This document shows, piece after piece, positions 63,946 through 64,000 of a DNA stretch of 64,000 nucleotides (the stretch's first letter is position 1; the number at the start of each line of letters is the position of its first letter). A program made the translations under genes and the position numbers. The DNA is from Octopus sinensis. Lineage: Eukaryota. The notes below the pieces were generated by a model. That model searched no databases. It worked only from the letters and a program-made list of their open reading frames with translations, and was not told the DNA's origin. The stretch lies in contig NC_043012.1 of the NCBI RefSeq assembly GCF_006345805.1, forward strand, positions 21,886,001-21,950,000, in the 5' to 3' direction.

Positions 63946-64000
63946 GTAGGAGAAGGAAAGATCCAGAGAACGGAAGACAGAGGAAAAAAAATCGCCAACG

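Overview
AT-rich, microsatellite-dense animal genomic DNA, most likely an octopus (coleoid cephalopod); the species call is inferred from the SINE/RTE repeat repertoire, not from a database match. Bases 1 to about 44 kb hold one + strand gene, a BICRA/GLTSCR1-family subunit of the ncBAF (GBAF) chromatin remodeller. Seven coding exons are visible (18626-21481, 25220-25669, 26538-26650, 31293-31441, 33968-34062, 38845-38947, 40843-43061). All internal splice phases are compatible, and they encode about 2,000 aa including the GLTSCR1 domain. The 5' exon(s) were not found. The large Q-rich exon has a 1-bp frameshift inside a CAA/CAG tract at about 21064, probably an assembly error. Introns and the downstream 20 kb contain three tRNA-derived SINE families, LINE fragments (RTE, BovB-like, RTE-X-like, CR1, R4/Dong), a Gypsy gag remnant, a Tc1/mariner remnant, piggyBac-type and fold-back MITEs, and long microsatellites. 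Most unusual: (1) several type I hammerhead ribozyme motifs on the minus strand beside (TA)n tracts, one with a fully intact core; (2) a young SINE with no simple-repeat tail whose copies end at a fixed GGTATTTC junction and form head-to-tail multimers, including a 5-unit array inside one target-site duplication; (3) a tandem hairpin module with a compensatory change in the RTE 3' UTR; (4) an RTE copy with twin-priming inversion geometry; (5) four copies of an AVxSI[LV] motif in the BICRA tail.
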